Source: Gemmatimonadota bacterium (GTDB lineage Bacteria > Gemmatimonadota > Gemmatimonadetes > Gemmatimonadales > GWC2-71-9). From it: 64,000 nt of DNA. The position numbers were made by a program, and so were the translations under genes. The stretch's first letter is position 1. Every line of letters starts with the position of its first letter. The stretch covers positions 13,750 to 77,749 of the forward strand of contig QHTZ01000079.1 of NCBI GenBank assembly GCA_003221005.1. The letters run 5' to 3'. Under the pieces are notes generated by a model. It was not told the DNA's origin. It saw nothing but the letters and a program-made list of their open reading frames with translations, and searched no databases. Shown in pieces: positions 10,135 to 20,993 of this stretch.

Positions 10135-11664
10135 TCAGCTGCCCTTCGTCGACAGCGAGGCGGGCGGCGTGTTGGGGAGGACGCCCGCCGGGCGGACGCT
10201 CTCGCCGCTGGTACGCGCCACATCCAGCAGGCGGCTCGGCTGCACGCCCAGGACCAGCAGCCCCGCCACCGCCGCGACCACCACGGCGCCGGAGAAGCGC
10301 CCGAGGCGCACTCCCGCGTGTGCTTGCTCCGACGGCTCGGCCTGCATGTACATAGCCATGATGACGGGGAGATAGTAACCCGCCGAGATTACGCTGGCGA
10401 CGACGAGGAGCGTGGCCAGCACGGCCTGCCCGGCGTTGGCCGCGGCGATCAGGATGTACCACTTCCCGATGAAGCCGGCCGTGCCCGGGAAGCCTAGCAG
10501 GGAGAGCATCGACACCGCGAGGGCGAAGGCGAGAGCGGGGTGACGCTGGCTCAGGCCGGCGAGATCGTCGATGACCACGTCTTGCTCGCCGTTCCGGCCC
10601 TTCGCGGCGAGCAGCGCGAACGCGACCACGGTCGTCAGCGTGTAGGCCACGAGGTAGAACACGAACGACGCCGCGCCGAGCGTGCTTCCGCTCGTGACCG
10701 ACACGAGGAGGTAGCCCGCGTGGGCGACCGACGAGTACGCGAGCATGCGCTTCAGCGTGCGCTGCGCCAGGGCGATCAGGTTACCGACGAGCATGGTGAC
10801 CGCCGCGAGCCACCACACGATCTGGTGCCAGGCGCTGACGCCCGAGAACGCTTCGGCCAGCACGCGGAACAGCGCCGCGAATCCGGCGGCTTTCACTGCC
10901 GCCGCCATATAGGCGGTGACGGGCGTGGGCGCGCCGTCATACACGTCGGGTGCCCACATGTGGAACGGGACCGCCGCGACTTTGAATCCGAACCCGATGA
11001 GCAGTAGCCCGAGGCCGAGCAGCAGCATCGTGCTGTGGGCGAGCCCCAGCATGCGGACCTGCACGCCGACGAGCGTCAGGTTGGTCGTCCCGGTGGCCCC
11101 GTAGGTGAGCGCGATGCCGTACAGCAGGAACGCCGAGGCGAACGCGCCGAGCAAGAAATACTTGAGCGCGGCCTCGGCGGCCTTCGGGCTGCGGCGGTTG
11201 ATCCCCGAGAGCACGTACACGCACAGCGACATGAGCTCCAGTCCGAGAAACACGACCGTCAGGTCCTCGCCGCCGCCGAGCAGCATCATCCCCAACGTCG
11301 CGAGCAGGAGCAGCACGTAGTACTCGGGCGCGAGCAGCTGCTCCCGCTCGAGGTAGTCGAACGAGAGCATCACGGTGAGGACGGCCGTCGCGAGGAACAG
11401 CAGATCGGTGACGAAGCGGAATCCATCCAGGGCGATCATCGTGGCGAGCCCGGCGGGCCGCGCGCCGCTCCACCAGAGCCAGCACACCGCTCCTCCCGTC
11501 GAGACGAGGGCGACGAGCGCGAGCCAGCCGGCGAGCCGCAGATCGCCTGCCGTACGGTGGCGCACGGCCACGACCAGTAGCAGCACCAGCGCCCACGCCG
11601 TCAGCACCAGCTCGGGGAGCAGCGCCGTCATGAGGTCGCGGTACTGCGACAGGTCGAGGCTCAT
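10135..11664 (-). CDS. nuoN: NADH-quinone oxidoreductase subunit N
   Basis: EAALKYFLLG, FKVAAVPFHMWAPDVYDGAP, KRMLAYSSVAHAGY; ATG 11664. Confidence 0.96.
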   Translation of the reverse strand: MSLDLSQYRDLMTALLPELVLTAWALVLLLVVAVRHRTAGDLRLAGWLALVALVSTGGAVCWLWWSGARPAGLATMIALDGFRFVTDLLFLATAVLTVMLSFDYLEREQLLAPEYYVLLLLATLGMMLLGGGEDLTVVFLGLELMSLCVYVLSGINRRSPKAAEAALKYFLLGAFASAFLLYGIALTYGATGTTNLTLVGVQVRMLGLAHSTMLLLGLGLLLIGFGFKVAAVPFHMWAPDVYDGAPTPVTAYMAAAVKAAGFAALFRVLAEAFSGVSAWHQIVWWLAAVTMLVGNLIALAQRTLKRMLAYSSVAHAGYLLVSVTSGSTLGAASFVFYLVAYTLTTVVAFALLAAKGRNGEQDVVIDDLAGLSQRHPALAFALAVSMLSLLGFPGTAGFIGKWYILIAAANAGQAVLATLLVVASVISAGYYLPVIMAMYMQAEPSEQAHAGVRLGRFSGAVVVAAVAGLLVLGVQPSRLLDVARTSGESVRPAGVLPNTPPASLSTKGS

Positions 11665-13142
11665 CGCTTCACCGTATCGATGAAGTGCTGCGCCGCCGGC
11701 TCCATGCGCTCGAGGAAGGGCTTCGGGTACACCCCCAGCCAGACGATGCATGCGAGCAGCGGCACCAGCACGGCGAGCTCGCGCGGCGTCAGGTCGAGCA
11801 GCGTCTCGTTCTCTTTCTTGTCGAGCGGATTGTAGATCACGCGCTGCAGCGCCCATAGGAGATAGGCGGCAGCGACGATCACGCCGGACGCCGCCACGAT
11901 GGCGGCGACCGGATGGGTCTGGAAGGCACCCAGCAGCACTAGCAGCTCGCCGACGAAGCCGTTGGTGCCGGGCAGCCCGATCGCCGACAGCGACACGACC
12001 GTGAGGACCGCGGCGAACATCGGTACCACGCGCGCGATGCCGCCGTACGCTTCGATCAGGCGGCTGTGGCGGCGCTCGTAGATCATTCCCACTAGGAAGA
12101 ACAGCGCGCCGGTCGAAATGCCGTGGTTGATCATCACGAGCAGCGCACCCTGGACGCTCTGAAGCGTGAGCGCCCAGATCCCGAGCATCACGAACCCCAG
12201 GTGCGCCACTGAGGAGTAGGCGATCAGCCGCTTGAAGTCGGGTTGCACCATCGCCACGAGCCCGCCGTAGATGATCCCGACCAGCGACAGCACCACGATT
12301 CCCGCCTGGATCGCTGGGTGGAGGGCCACCGCCGGAAAGAGCGGGAAGGCGAACCGGAGGAAGCCGTAGGTGCCCATCTTGAGCAGCACGCCCGCGAGGA
12401 TCACGGAGCCCGCTGTCGGCGCCTCGGTGTGCGCGTCCGGGAGCCAGGTGTGGAACGGGAACACCGGCACCTTGATCGCGAAGGCGAGGAAGAACGCAGC
12501 GAACAGCCAGTAGGCGAGCGGCCCGAGATTGCCCAGCCCGGCCATGAGCTGCTCGTAGGAGAAGGTGTAGATGCCGGTGCGCCGGCCGACGACGAGCACG
12601 AGGGCGAGGATCGCCACCAGCATGAGCAGCGAGCCGAGCATCGTGTAGATGAAAAACTTGATGGCCGCGTACAGCCGCCCCTCCCCGCCCCAGACCCCGA
12701 TGATGAAGTACATCGGGATCAGCATCACCTCCCACATCACGTAGAACAGGAACAGGTCAAGGGCGACGAACACCCCGATCATGCCCGACGTGAGCAGGAG
12801 CAGCAACGCGTAATAGCCGCGCTCCCGCGTCGCGATGGCGCTGTAGCTGCCCAGCACCGAGAGTGGCACGAGGAAGGTCGTCAGGAGCACGAGAAACAGC
12901 GAAATGCCGTCCACGCCTACGGTGTAGTGGATGCCCCACGTCGGCATCCAGGGCGCGTCGAGCCGGAACTGCATCCCCGCCTGCGGGACAAAGGTCCACC
13001 ACATGGGGACGGAGATCGCGAACTCGATGAGCGCCACGCCGAGGGCTAGGTGCTTGGCCCAGCGGGCCGGCGCGAGGAGGACGGCGAGCGCGCCCACCGC
13101 GGGCCACGCGAGCAACGCCGTGAGGACCCAGGGCTCGTACAT
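11661..13142 (-). CDS. nuoM: NADH-quinone oxidoreductase subunit M
   Basis: FYVMWEVMLIP, KVPVFPFHTWLPDAH, HGISTGALF. Confidence 0.97.
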   Translation of the reverse strand: MYEPWVLTALLAWPAVGALAVLLAPARWAKHLALGVALIEFAISVPMWWTFVPQAGMQFRLDAPWMPTWGIHYTVGVDGISLFLVLLTTFLVPLSVLGSYSAIATRERGYYALLLLLTSGMIGVFVALDLFLFYVMWEVMLIPMYFIIGVWGGEGRLYAAIKFFIYTMLGSLLMLVAILALVLVVGRRTGIYTFSYEQLMAGLGNLGPLAYWLFAAFFLAFAIKVPVFPFHTWLPDAHTEAPTAGSVILAGVLLKMGTYGFLRFAFPLFPAVALHPAIQAGIVVLSLVGIIYGGLVAMVQPDFKRLIAYSSVAHLGFVMLGIWALTLQSVQGALLVMINHGISTGALFFLVGMIYERRHSRLIEAYGGIARVVPMFAAVLTVVSLSAIGLPGTNGFVGELLVLLGAFQTHPVAAIVAASGVIVAAAYLLWALQRVIYNPLDKKENETLLDLTPRELAVLVPLLACIVWLGVYPKPFLERMEPAAQHFIDTVKR

Positions 13143-13146
13143 TCGC

Positions 13147-15126
13147 CTATCGCACCGCCGCGCCGAGCACGACCACGACGCCGGCGACGAACAGCATCAC
13201 GTAGAACCCCAGCTCGCCCGTCTGCAGCTGGCTCCCGACCCAGCCCAGGGCGCGGGACACGCGCGCGGCCCCGTTCACACCCACCTCGTCCACGAGGCGC
13301 TGGTCCACGAGCCGCCACAGCACCTCGCGCGACATCCACACGACCGGGCGGACGATCAGGGCGGCGTACAGCTCGTCGATGTAGTACTTCTTCCACAGGA
13401 GCCGGCCGAGGCCGCGCTCGGGCGGCGCCAGCCGCGCGGGTACGAGCCGCTCGAGGTCGAGCAGTCGCCACGCGCCCACCAGCCCGGCGAGCGCGACGGC
13501 CACCGCGACCCCGATCAGCAGTCCTTCAATACCGGGTGCGGGCGACAGCACCGGTGCGAGACGCGCCGCACCCTCCGTCACCGGCTCGAGCCAGTGCTCG
13601 AGACGCTCGCCCCCGCCCAGGAGCGGCGGCAGGTTCACCACGCCGCCCAGCGTCGTGAGCACGCCGAGGACGAGGAGCGGGCCCGTCATGACCCACGGGC
13701 CCTCGTGCAGCTGGGCGCGCTCGGCGTCGCCGGTGCGGTTCGGCCCGTGGAAGGTATAGAGCATCAGCCGCGTCATGTAGAACGCCGTGCACAACGCAGC
13801 CACGAGGCCTAAGCCCCAGAAGACATACCACGCGGGCTGGGCGGCGCCCCGCGCGAACGCCGCGCCCAGGATCTCGTCTTTCGAGAAGAACCCCGACAGC
13901 GGCGGCACTCCCGCGATGGCGAGCGTCGCGATCCACATCAGCCCACACGTCCAGGGCAGGTGCGCCTTGAGCCCGCCCATGTTGCGCATGTCCTGCGCGT
14001 CCTCGTGCGAGTGCGTGGCGTGATAGGCGCGGTGCATCGCGTGGATCACGCTCCCGGCGCCCAGGAACAAGAGCGCCTTGAAGAACGCGTGGGTCGTGAG
14101 GTGGAAGATCCCGGCGGCGTACGCGCCGCTGCCCACGCCGAGGAACATGTAGCCGAGCTGGGAGATGGTGGAATACGCAAGCACCTTCTTGATGTCCCAC
14201 TGCTTGAGGCCGATCGTGGCGGCGAACAGCGCCGTGAGCGCCCCGACACCGGCCACGACCGCGCTCGCAACGGGGGACAGGGCGAACAGCACGGCGCAGC
14301 GAGCCACCAGGTAGACGCCTGCCGTCACCATGGTGGCCGCGTGGATCAGCGCCGAGACGGGGGTCGGGCCCTGCATGGCGTCCGGGAGCCACGTGTACAG
14401 GGGGATCTGCGCGGACTTGCCGGTGCACCCTAAGAACAGGAGCAGGGTGATCGCCGTGATCGTCCGGTCGCCTGCCGTGAACGCCGTAGGCGCCCTGGCG
14501 AAGACATCCGTGAAGTCGAGCGACCCGGTGTGGCGGAAGATGAGGAGCATCGCCACCAGGAACCCAAAGTCCCCGATCCGGTTGACGATGAACGCCTTGA
14601 ACCCGGCGTCGGCGTTGATCTTCTCGTTGAACCAGAAGCCGATGAGGAGATAGGAGCACAACCCCACACCTTCCCACCCGACGAACATCACCGGGAAGCT
14701 CGCGCCGAGGACGAGCGTCAGCATGAAGAAGACGAACAGGTTCAGCTCCGCGAAGTAGCGGGCGTATCCCGGGTCGTCCTGCATGTAGCCGACGCTGTAC
14801 AAGTGGATCAGGGCACTGATCCCCGTCACCACGAGGAGCATCACGCCCGAGAGCGGGTCGAGTTGGAGCGCGTAGTCGATGCGCAGCGGCCCGACCGGCA
14901 GCCAGGGCCAGTAGTGGAACACGAGCGGCGCTTCCGGGTGCAGCCGGGCGAGCTCGAACACGACCGCGACGGCGAGCGCGAACGCCGCGGCGAGCACGCC
15001 GACGCCGATCACGGACACCGCCCGTTTGCTCGCGGGACGCAGCAACGCGAGCGCGCCGTTCAGGACGAAGCCGGCGAGGGGCAGCGCCGGTACGAGCCAC
15101 ACGAATGCGAGGATGGAGCTGGGCAT
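13147..15126 (-). CDS. nuoL: NADH-quinone oxidoreductase subunit L
   Basis: GWEGVGLCSY, GKSAQIPL..WLPDAM.GPTPVSALIHAATMV, HAFFKALLF; ATG 15126. Confidence 0.97.
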   Translation of the reverse strand: MPSSILAFVWLVPALPLAGFVLNGALALLRPASKRAVSVIGVGVLAAAFALAVAVVFELARLHPEAPLVFHYWPWLPVGPLRIDYALQLDPLSGVMLLVVTGISALIHLYSVGYMQDDPGYARYFAELNLFVFFMLTLVLGASFPVMFVGWEGVGLCSYLLIGFWFNEKINADAGFKAFIVNRIGDFGFLVAMLLIFRHTGSLDFTDVFARAPTAFTAGDRTITAITLLLFLGCTGKSAQIPLYTWLPDAMQGPTPVSALIHAATMVTAGVYLVARCAVLFALSPVASAVVAGVGALTALFAATIGLKQWDIKKVLAYSTISQLGYMFLGVGSGAYAAGIFHLTTHAFFKALLFLGAGSVIHAMHRAYHATHSHEDAQDMRNMGGLKAHLPWTCGLMWIATLAIAGVPPLSGFFSKDEILGAAFARGAAQPAWYVFWGLGLVAALCTAFYMTRLMLYTFHGPNRTGDAERAQLHEGPWVMTGPLLVLGVLTTLGGVVNLPPLLGGGERLEHWLEPVTEGAARLAPVLSPAPGIEGLLIGVAVAVALAGLVGAWRLLDLERLVPARLAPPERGLGRLLWKKYYIDELYAALIVRPVVWMSREVLWRLVDQRLVDEVGVNGAARVSRALGWVGSQLQTGELGFYVMLFVAGVVVVLGAAVR

Positions 15127-15421
15127 CAGCCCTTGAGGAGGTTGATGCGCTCGAGATTGAGCGTCGCGCGGTGGCGATAGATGGCGAGGATGATCGCGAG
15201 ACCTACGGCCGCCTCGGCCGCGGCGACGGCCATGACGAAAAACACGAAGATCTGGCCCGCGACGCCGAGGGTTTGGGCGAGCGCGATGAAGGTCAAGTTC
15301 ACGGCGTTGAGCATCAGCTCCACGCACATGAAGATCACGATCGCATTGCGCCGCAGCAGCACGCCGGCGACGCCCAGCGTGAACAGCACCGCGGACACGA
15401 ACAGCGAGGGACCGAGCAGCA

Positions 15422-15422
<1 letters not shown>
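15126..15422 (-). CDS. nuoK: NADH-quinone oxidoreductase subunit K
   Basis: [27 protein letters not shown]. Confidence 0.96.
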
Positions 15423-15943
<521 letters not shown>

Positions 15944-15946
15944 CGG

Positions 15947-16453
15947 CTACTCACCGCTGGGATCCGACGGATCCCACAAGGTCGACACCGGGTGCGTCTG
16001 CGCGCACAGCCGCTCGAGGTCGTACACGAAGCGGTCACGCGAGCATTCGGAGTTTTCGTAGTGCACCCCCACGTGGATCGCCTCCTCGGGGCAGACCTCC
16101 TGGCAGTAGCCGCAAAAAATGCAGCGAAACTCGTCGATCTCGTAGATGAGCGGATAGCGGTTCCCCTCCTCGTCTTCCCCCGGCACCAGCTTGATGCAAT
16201 TGGCGGGACAGATCTGAGGGCACAGCCCGCAGGCCACGCACTTGGCGCGGCCCTGCTCGTCGGTGAGCATGCGATGCGTGCCGCGCCACCGCGGGGAGAT
16301 CGTCCAGTCCGTGCTGCTCTTCTCCTCGGGGTACTGCATCGTGACCTTGGGCCGGAGCAGATGGCTCAGGGTGAGCGCCATCCCCTTGAGGGTCGCGCGC
16401 AGGTACGAGGTCTGGGCGACCGGCCGCTTGAGGACTTTCACGCCGATGGCCAT
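15947..16453 (-). CDS. nuoI: NADH-quinone oxidoreductase subunit I
   Basis: Two ferredoxin motifs CVACGLC...CP and [12 protein letters not shown]. Confidence 0.97.
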   Translation of the reverse strand: MAIGVKVLKRPVAQTSYLRATLKGMALTLSHLLRPKVTMQYPEEKSSTDWTISPRWRGTHRMLTDEQGRAKCVACGLCPQICPANCIKLVPGEDEEGNRYPLIYEIDEFRCIFCGYCQEVCPEEAIHVGVHYENSECSRDRFVYDLERLCAQTHPVSTLWDPSDPSGE

Positions 16454-17622
16454 CAGGCGCCCCCCTCAGCGACCGAGCTCGCGATCAGGTGCCCGCGATC
16501 CAGCACGAAGAACAGCGGGATGGCGAGCAGGACGTTCAACCCGCACAGCGCGAGGGCGAACCGGCTGTCGTACGTCCACCCGAGCCGGTCATGCAGCACC
16601 CAGATCGCGGTGGCGAGCAGCGCGATGTACACCAGCGCGAGCGGCAGCATCACCTTCCAACCGAGCGCCATGAGCTGGTCGTAGCGGAAGCGGGGCAACG
16701 TCCAGCGCACCCAGATATAGAGGAAAAGGAAGCAGCACACCTTGAGCGCGAAGACGCCCAGCGTGGCGAGGGTCTTCGCGACTGTCCAGGGCGGCGCGTC
16801 GTCCCAGTGGGTGAACGGAATGTCCCAGCCGCCGAAGAACAGCGTGGCCATGAGCGCGGACGCCGTCACCATGTTGGCGTATTCCGCGATGTAGAACATC
16901 GAGAACTTCATCGCGCTGTACTCGGTGTGGTAGCCCGCGATCAGTTCGGCTTCGGCCTCCGGCAGGTCGAACGGCAAGCGGTTGGTCTCCGCGAACGCCG
17001 CTACCGTGAAGATGAAGTACGCGAGTCCGAGCGGGAACACGTTCCACGTGAAGAGCGACTGCTGCTGGCGCGCGACGACGTCCGAGAGCGTGACGTTGCC
17101 GGCCAGGAGCAGCACGGCGACCGTGCTCATCCCGAGCGCGATCTCGTACGAGATCATCTGTGCTGAGGAGCGCAGGCCCCCGAGCAGCGCGTACTTGTTG
17201 TTGGATGACCACCCCGCGAGCACGACCCCGTACACCCCGAGCGAGCCGATCGCGAGAATGTAGAGGAACCCCACCGGCAGGTCGGCCACCACGAGCGGCA
17301 CATCGCCCCACGGGGTCGGCAGCGGGGCGCCGAACGGCACCACCGCGATGGCGAGCAGCGCCGGGACGAAGGCGAGCGCGGGCGCCAGCACGAACAGCAG
17401 CCGGTCGGCTTGCCCGGGCAGCGTCTCTTCCTTCAGCAGGTTCTTGAGGCCGTCGGCGGCGGGCTGGAGCAGGCCCTCGGGGCCGACGCGGTTGGGCCCG
17501 AGCCGGTCTTGTATCCAGGCGCAGATGCGCCGCTCGGCGAGCGTGAGCAGCGCCACGCCGACCATGATGACCGTGAACACCACGAGGATCTTCACGATCG
17601 AAGCGACGAGGAAGAAGGTCAC
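16453..17622 (-). CDS. nuoH: NADH-quinone oxidoreductase subunit H
   Basis: RLGPNRVGP, QMISYE, ETNRLPFDLPEAE, PRFRYDQLM; GTG 17622. Confidence 0.97.
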   Translation of the reverse strand: MTFFLVASIVKILVVFTVIMVGVALLTLAERRICAWIQDRLGPNRVGPEGLLQPAADGLKNLLKEETLPGQADRLLFVLAPALAFVPALLAIAVVPFGAPLPTPWGDVPLVVADLPVGFLYILAIGSLGVYGVVLAGWSSNNKYALLGGLRSSAQMISYEIALGMSTVAVLLLAGNVTLSDVVARQQQSLFTWNVFPLGLAYFIFTVAAFAETNRLPFDLPEAEAELIAGYHTEYSAMKFSMFYIAEYANMVTASALMATLFFGGWDIPFTHWDDAPPWTVAKTLATLGVFALKVCCFLFLYIWVRWTLPRFRYDQLMALGWKVMLPLALVYIALLATAIWVLHDRLGWTYDSRFALALCGLNVLLAIPLFFVLDRGHLIASSVAEGGA

Positions 17623-19214
17623 GCCGGCACCCCCGCATCCGCGCCGATCACCCGGCCGCCGAGCCCGAGGTTGGCGTAGCTCAGTCCGGCAAACGCCGGC
17701 ACCGACGCCGCCAGGCGGTCGAATACCTCGGCTGCGCTCGCGGGCGCGGTGCCGCGGCCGAGGCGCGCGCCGAGGGCGCCCAGCACCCACCACGCCGGTT
17801 GTGCCATTCCCGGCGCCGGCTTCGCCTGGACGTAGCGCTGCACACGCCCGTCGCGGTTCACGAACGTCCCTTCTTCCTCCGCCACGTTCGCGATCGGGAG
17901 CACGAGTTCCGCACTCCGCAGCGTGCCGTCTGCCCCCGGGTCGCTCCCATCCTCGGGCGGAACCGTGCCGAGGTAGATCAGCGCCCCCGCGGGTCGCACA
18001 GCGGCCTGGGGATCGTCGAGCACCAGCACGACGGCCGCCTGCTCGGCAGCCCGGAGCGCGGCGGCGTAGTCGGGGCCGTACCCCAGGAGATCCGCGCCGC
18101 GCGCGTTGGGTGCCCGCTCCGCGCGGAGCGCCAGGTCCGGCACGCCGGCGAGCGGCGCTTCCTCCCCCATCACTAATTGATACGCTCCCGTCCACTCGAA
18201 GCTTGCAAGCAGCTCGCGCGCGAGAAACAGGGCCTCGGTGGATACGCGGGGGGAGATGAGGGCCACGGCCGCGCCCCCGGCGCCGCGCAGGATGGCGGCC
18301 GCGCGCTCGAGCGCCTCGTCCCAGTCCACGGCGCGTGCGGTGCCGTCGGGCTGGCGGACGAGCGGTGCCTCGCTCCGGTCACCGCGGTTCATCCAGCGGT
18401 AGTTCATGCGCCCGTGGTCACAGATGAAGTAGCGGTTGACGGCGAGATTGGGGCGCGGCCGGATCCGCACTACCACGTCGTCCCGCGTGTCGAGCGTGAT
18501 GTTGCAGCCCTGAGAGCACCCCGTGCAGATCGACGCGGTCTTGTCCAGCTCCCAGGCGCGCGCCTTGTGGAGGAAATCCTTCGACAGGAGCGACCCGACG
18601 GGGCAGAGGTCCACCACGTTGCCAGCCCAGGGATGATCGAGTCGCGCGTCAGGGTGGATCCCGATGTAGGCCCGGTCGCCGCGCTCCGAGACGTTGAGGA
18701 CCGGCTCCTGCGCCACGTCCTCCATGAAGCGCACGCAGCGCGTGCACAGGATGCAGCGGTTCGGCACAAAGAGCACGTCGGGCCCGAAGTCCTCCACCGG
18801 ATTGAAGCGCTTGGCGTAGGCGGGGCTGTAGCGCGTGGCGGGGCGGCCCTCCTGGAACGTGAAGTCCTGGAGCTCGCACTCGCCCGCTTGGTCGCAGATG
18901 GGGCAGTCGAGCGGGTGATTGATCAGCAGCAGCTCGAGCACGCCCATGCGCCCGTCCCGCGCCTGGCGCGACTGCGTGTGCACCACCATGCCGTCCGTCA
19001 CCGGCGTCGCGCAGGCAATCTGGAGCTTGGGAGCCTTCTCGATCTCGACGAGACACATGCGGCACACGCCGGCCACGGGGAGGCCGGGATGGTAACAGTA
19101 GTGCGGCACGAGGATCCCCGCTTGCTTCGCAGCCTCGATGACGAGCGTGCCCTTGGGGACGCTCACGGGCGCGCCGTCGATGGTCAGATTGACGAGACCG
19201 TTGGGATCGGGCAT
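17619..19214 (-). CDS. nuoG: NADH-quinone oxidoreductase subunit G (short form)
   Basis: CYHP...CRMC, HPLDCPICDQAGECELQ, RCILCTRC, CTGCSQGC. Confidence 0.95.
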   Translation of the reverse strand: MPDPNGLVNLTIDGAPVSVPKGTLVIEAAKQAGILVPHYCYHPGLPVAGVCRMCLVEIEKAPKLQIACATPVTDGMVVHTQSRQARDGRMGVLELLLINHPLDCPICDQAGECELQDFTFQEGRPATRYSPAYAKRFNPVEDFGPDVLFVPNRCILCTRCVRFMEDVAQEPVLNVSERGDRAYIGIHPDARLDHPWAGNVVDLCPVGSLLSKDFLHKARAWELDKTASICTGCSQGCNITLDTRDDVVVRIRPRPNLAVNRYFICDHGRMNYRWMNRGDRSEAPLVRQPDGTARAVDWDEALERAAAILRGAGGAAVALISPRVSTEALFLARELLASFEWTGAYQLVMGEEAPLAGVPDLALRAERAPNARGADLLGYGPDYAAALRAAEQAAVVLVLDDPQAAVRPAGALIYLGTVPPEDGSDPGADGTLRSAELVLPIANVAEEEGTFVNRDGRVQRYVQAKPAPGMAQPAWWVLGALGARLGRGTAPASAAEVFDRLAASVPAFAGLSYANLGLGGRVIGADAGVPA

Positions 19215-20497
19215 CACGCCACCATCGCCCTGCGCCGCCCCGCGATGTAATCCTCGAACTCGCCCCGGAACTTCTTGATCCCGCTCACGACCGGCGCGGC
19301 GCACGAATCGGACAGCACGCAGATCGTCTTGCCCGTCATATTCTCCGCCAGATCGAGCAGCAGGTCGAGGTCCTGCATCTTCCCCTGCCCCGCGAGGACC
19401 CGCTCCAGGATCTTCGTGGTCCAGGCCGTCCCTTCACGGCACTGCGTGCACTGAGCGCACGACTCGTGCGCATAGAAGCGCGCCAGCCGCATGATCTGGT
19501 AGACCATGTCGGCGGAGTCGTCGAACACGATCACGCCGCCCGAGCCGAGCAGCGTCCCTTCCGCGACGCAGCCTTCGTAGTCGAGCAGGCAGCGCTCCGT
19601 CTCCTCGCGGTTCAGGATCGGGACGGACGAGCCTCCCGGGATGCACGCCTTGAGCGTGCGGCCGGGCCGCATCCCGCCAGCGAGCTCGTACACGAGGTCC
19701 TTCAGCGGGAAGCCCATCGTCACTTCGTAGTTCCCCGGCTTCTGGATGTGCCCGCAGACCGAGAACAGCTTTGTCCCGGTGCTCTTGGGGCTGGAGAGAG
19801 ACATCGCCTTGTGCCACGCCGCCCCATGTGTGATGATGTGCGGCACGACGGCGAGTGTCTCCACATTGTTGATCGTCGTCGGCATACCGAAGACGCCGAA
19901 GGCGGCGGGGAACGGCGGCTTGATGCGGGGGTTACCGCGCTTGCCCTCGATCGAGCTCATGAGCGCCGTTTCTTCGCCGCAGATGTACGCTCCCGCGCCC
20001 TTGTGCAGGTAGATCTTGAACGTTCCCAGCGCCTTGGCGGCGGTCGCCTCGGCGAGGGCCTGTTCCATGACGGCGAACGGCTCGGTGAACTCCCCGCGGA
20101 TATAGATGTAGGCGACGTCCGCCTGGATCGCGTGCATCGTGATGAGCGTGCCCTCGAGCAGCGCGTGCGGTGTCCAGCGCATGATCTCGCGGTCCTTGAA
20201 CGTCCCGGGCTCCGACTCGTCGGCGTTCACACACAGGTAGTGCGGCTTCTTCTTGTCCTTCTCCTTGGGCATGAACGTCCACTTGAGGCCCGTGGGGAAC
20301 CCTGCGCCGCCCCGGCCGCGCAGCCCCGACTCCTTCACGACGTCGGTCACCGCCGCCGGCGGCATCGCGAGCGCCTGCTGCAGCGCCTCGTAGCCGCCGC
20401 GCTTCACCCACCCCTTGTAACTGCGCGCCTCAGGGTCGCCAAAGTACTGCGATAGGAGCACGGTCTCGCGAGCGTGAGGGTTGTGGGGGAAGCCCAT
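19214..20497 (-). CDS. nuoF: NADH-quinone oxidoreductase subunit F
   Basis: GLRGRGGAGFPTG, NADESEPG, GAYICGEETAL, ESCAQCTQCREG. Confidence 0.98.
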   Translation of the reverse strand: MGFPHNPHARETVLLSQYFGDPEARSYKGWVKRGGYEALQQALAMPPAAVTDVVKESGLRGRGGAGFPTGLKWTFMPKEKDKKKPHYLCVNADESEPGTFKDREIMRWTPHALLEGTLITMHAIQADVAYIYIRGEFTEPFAVMEQALAEATAAKALGTFKIYLHKGAGAYICGEETALMSSIEGKRGNPRIKPPFPAAFGVFGMPTTINNVETLAVVPHIITHGAAWHKAMSLSSPKSTGTKLFSVCGHIQKPGNYEVTMGFPLKDLVYELAGGMRPGRTLKACIPGGSSVPILNREETERCLLDYEGCVAEGTLLGSGGVIVFDDSADMVYQIMRLARFYAHESCAQCTQCREGTAWTTKILERVLAGQGKMQDLDLLLDLAENMTGKTICVLSDSCAAPVVSGIKKFRGEFEDYIAGRRRAMVA

Positions 20498-20498
20498 G

Positions 20499-20993
20499 CT
20501 ACTTGTACTTCCTCACAATCTCCGGCACCCGCTCCGGCGTGACCGACTCGACGAAGTCGGCGTTCACGAGCACCGGCGTGGCGAAGCCGCAGGCGCCGAG
20601 GCATTCCACTTCGGTGACGGTCCACGCTCCATCCGGGCTGGTGGCGCCGAGTTCCCTGGCGCCGGTATGCTCGAGGAAGGCCTGGACGACGTCCTCAGCC
20701 CCGCAGAGGTTGCACGGTGACGTCGTGCAGACCTGCACGAAGTTCCGGCCTACCGGGTGCTGGTGAAACATCGTGTAGAACGTGACCACGCCGCGCACGT
20801 GCGCCGGCGTCACGCCGAGCAGCTCCCCCACTTCCACCATGCTGCGGTCGGAGACCCAGCCGCGCGCTTCCTGAACGAGCCACAACGCCGGCAGCATGGC
20901 GGCAGCCTTGGTGGGATAGCGCGTGAAGATCTCGCGCAGGCGATCGAGGGTCTTTCCGGTGAAGACCGGCTGGTACTCCTCCACCACGCTCAC
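20499..20993 (-). CDS. nuoE: NADH-quinone oxidoreductase subunit E
   Basis: VTFYTMF, VCTTSPC, VECLGAC. Confidence 0.97.
   Translation of the reverse strand: MSVVEEYQPVFTGKTLDRLREIFTRYPTKAAAMLPALWLVQEARGWVSDRSMVEVGELLGVTPAHVRGVVTFYTMFHQHPVGRNFVQVCTTSPCNLCGAEDVVQAFLEHTGARELGATSPDGAWTVTEVECLGACGFATPVLVNADFVESVTPERVPEIVRKYK

Noticed and set aside
17619-19214. NuoG shorter than the E. coli protein as another deletion
   Set aside because: All Fe-S motifs are present, the frame is intact and both ends are coupled; short NuoG forms exist
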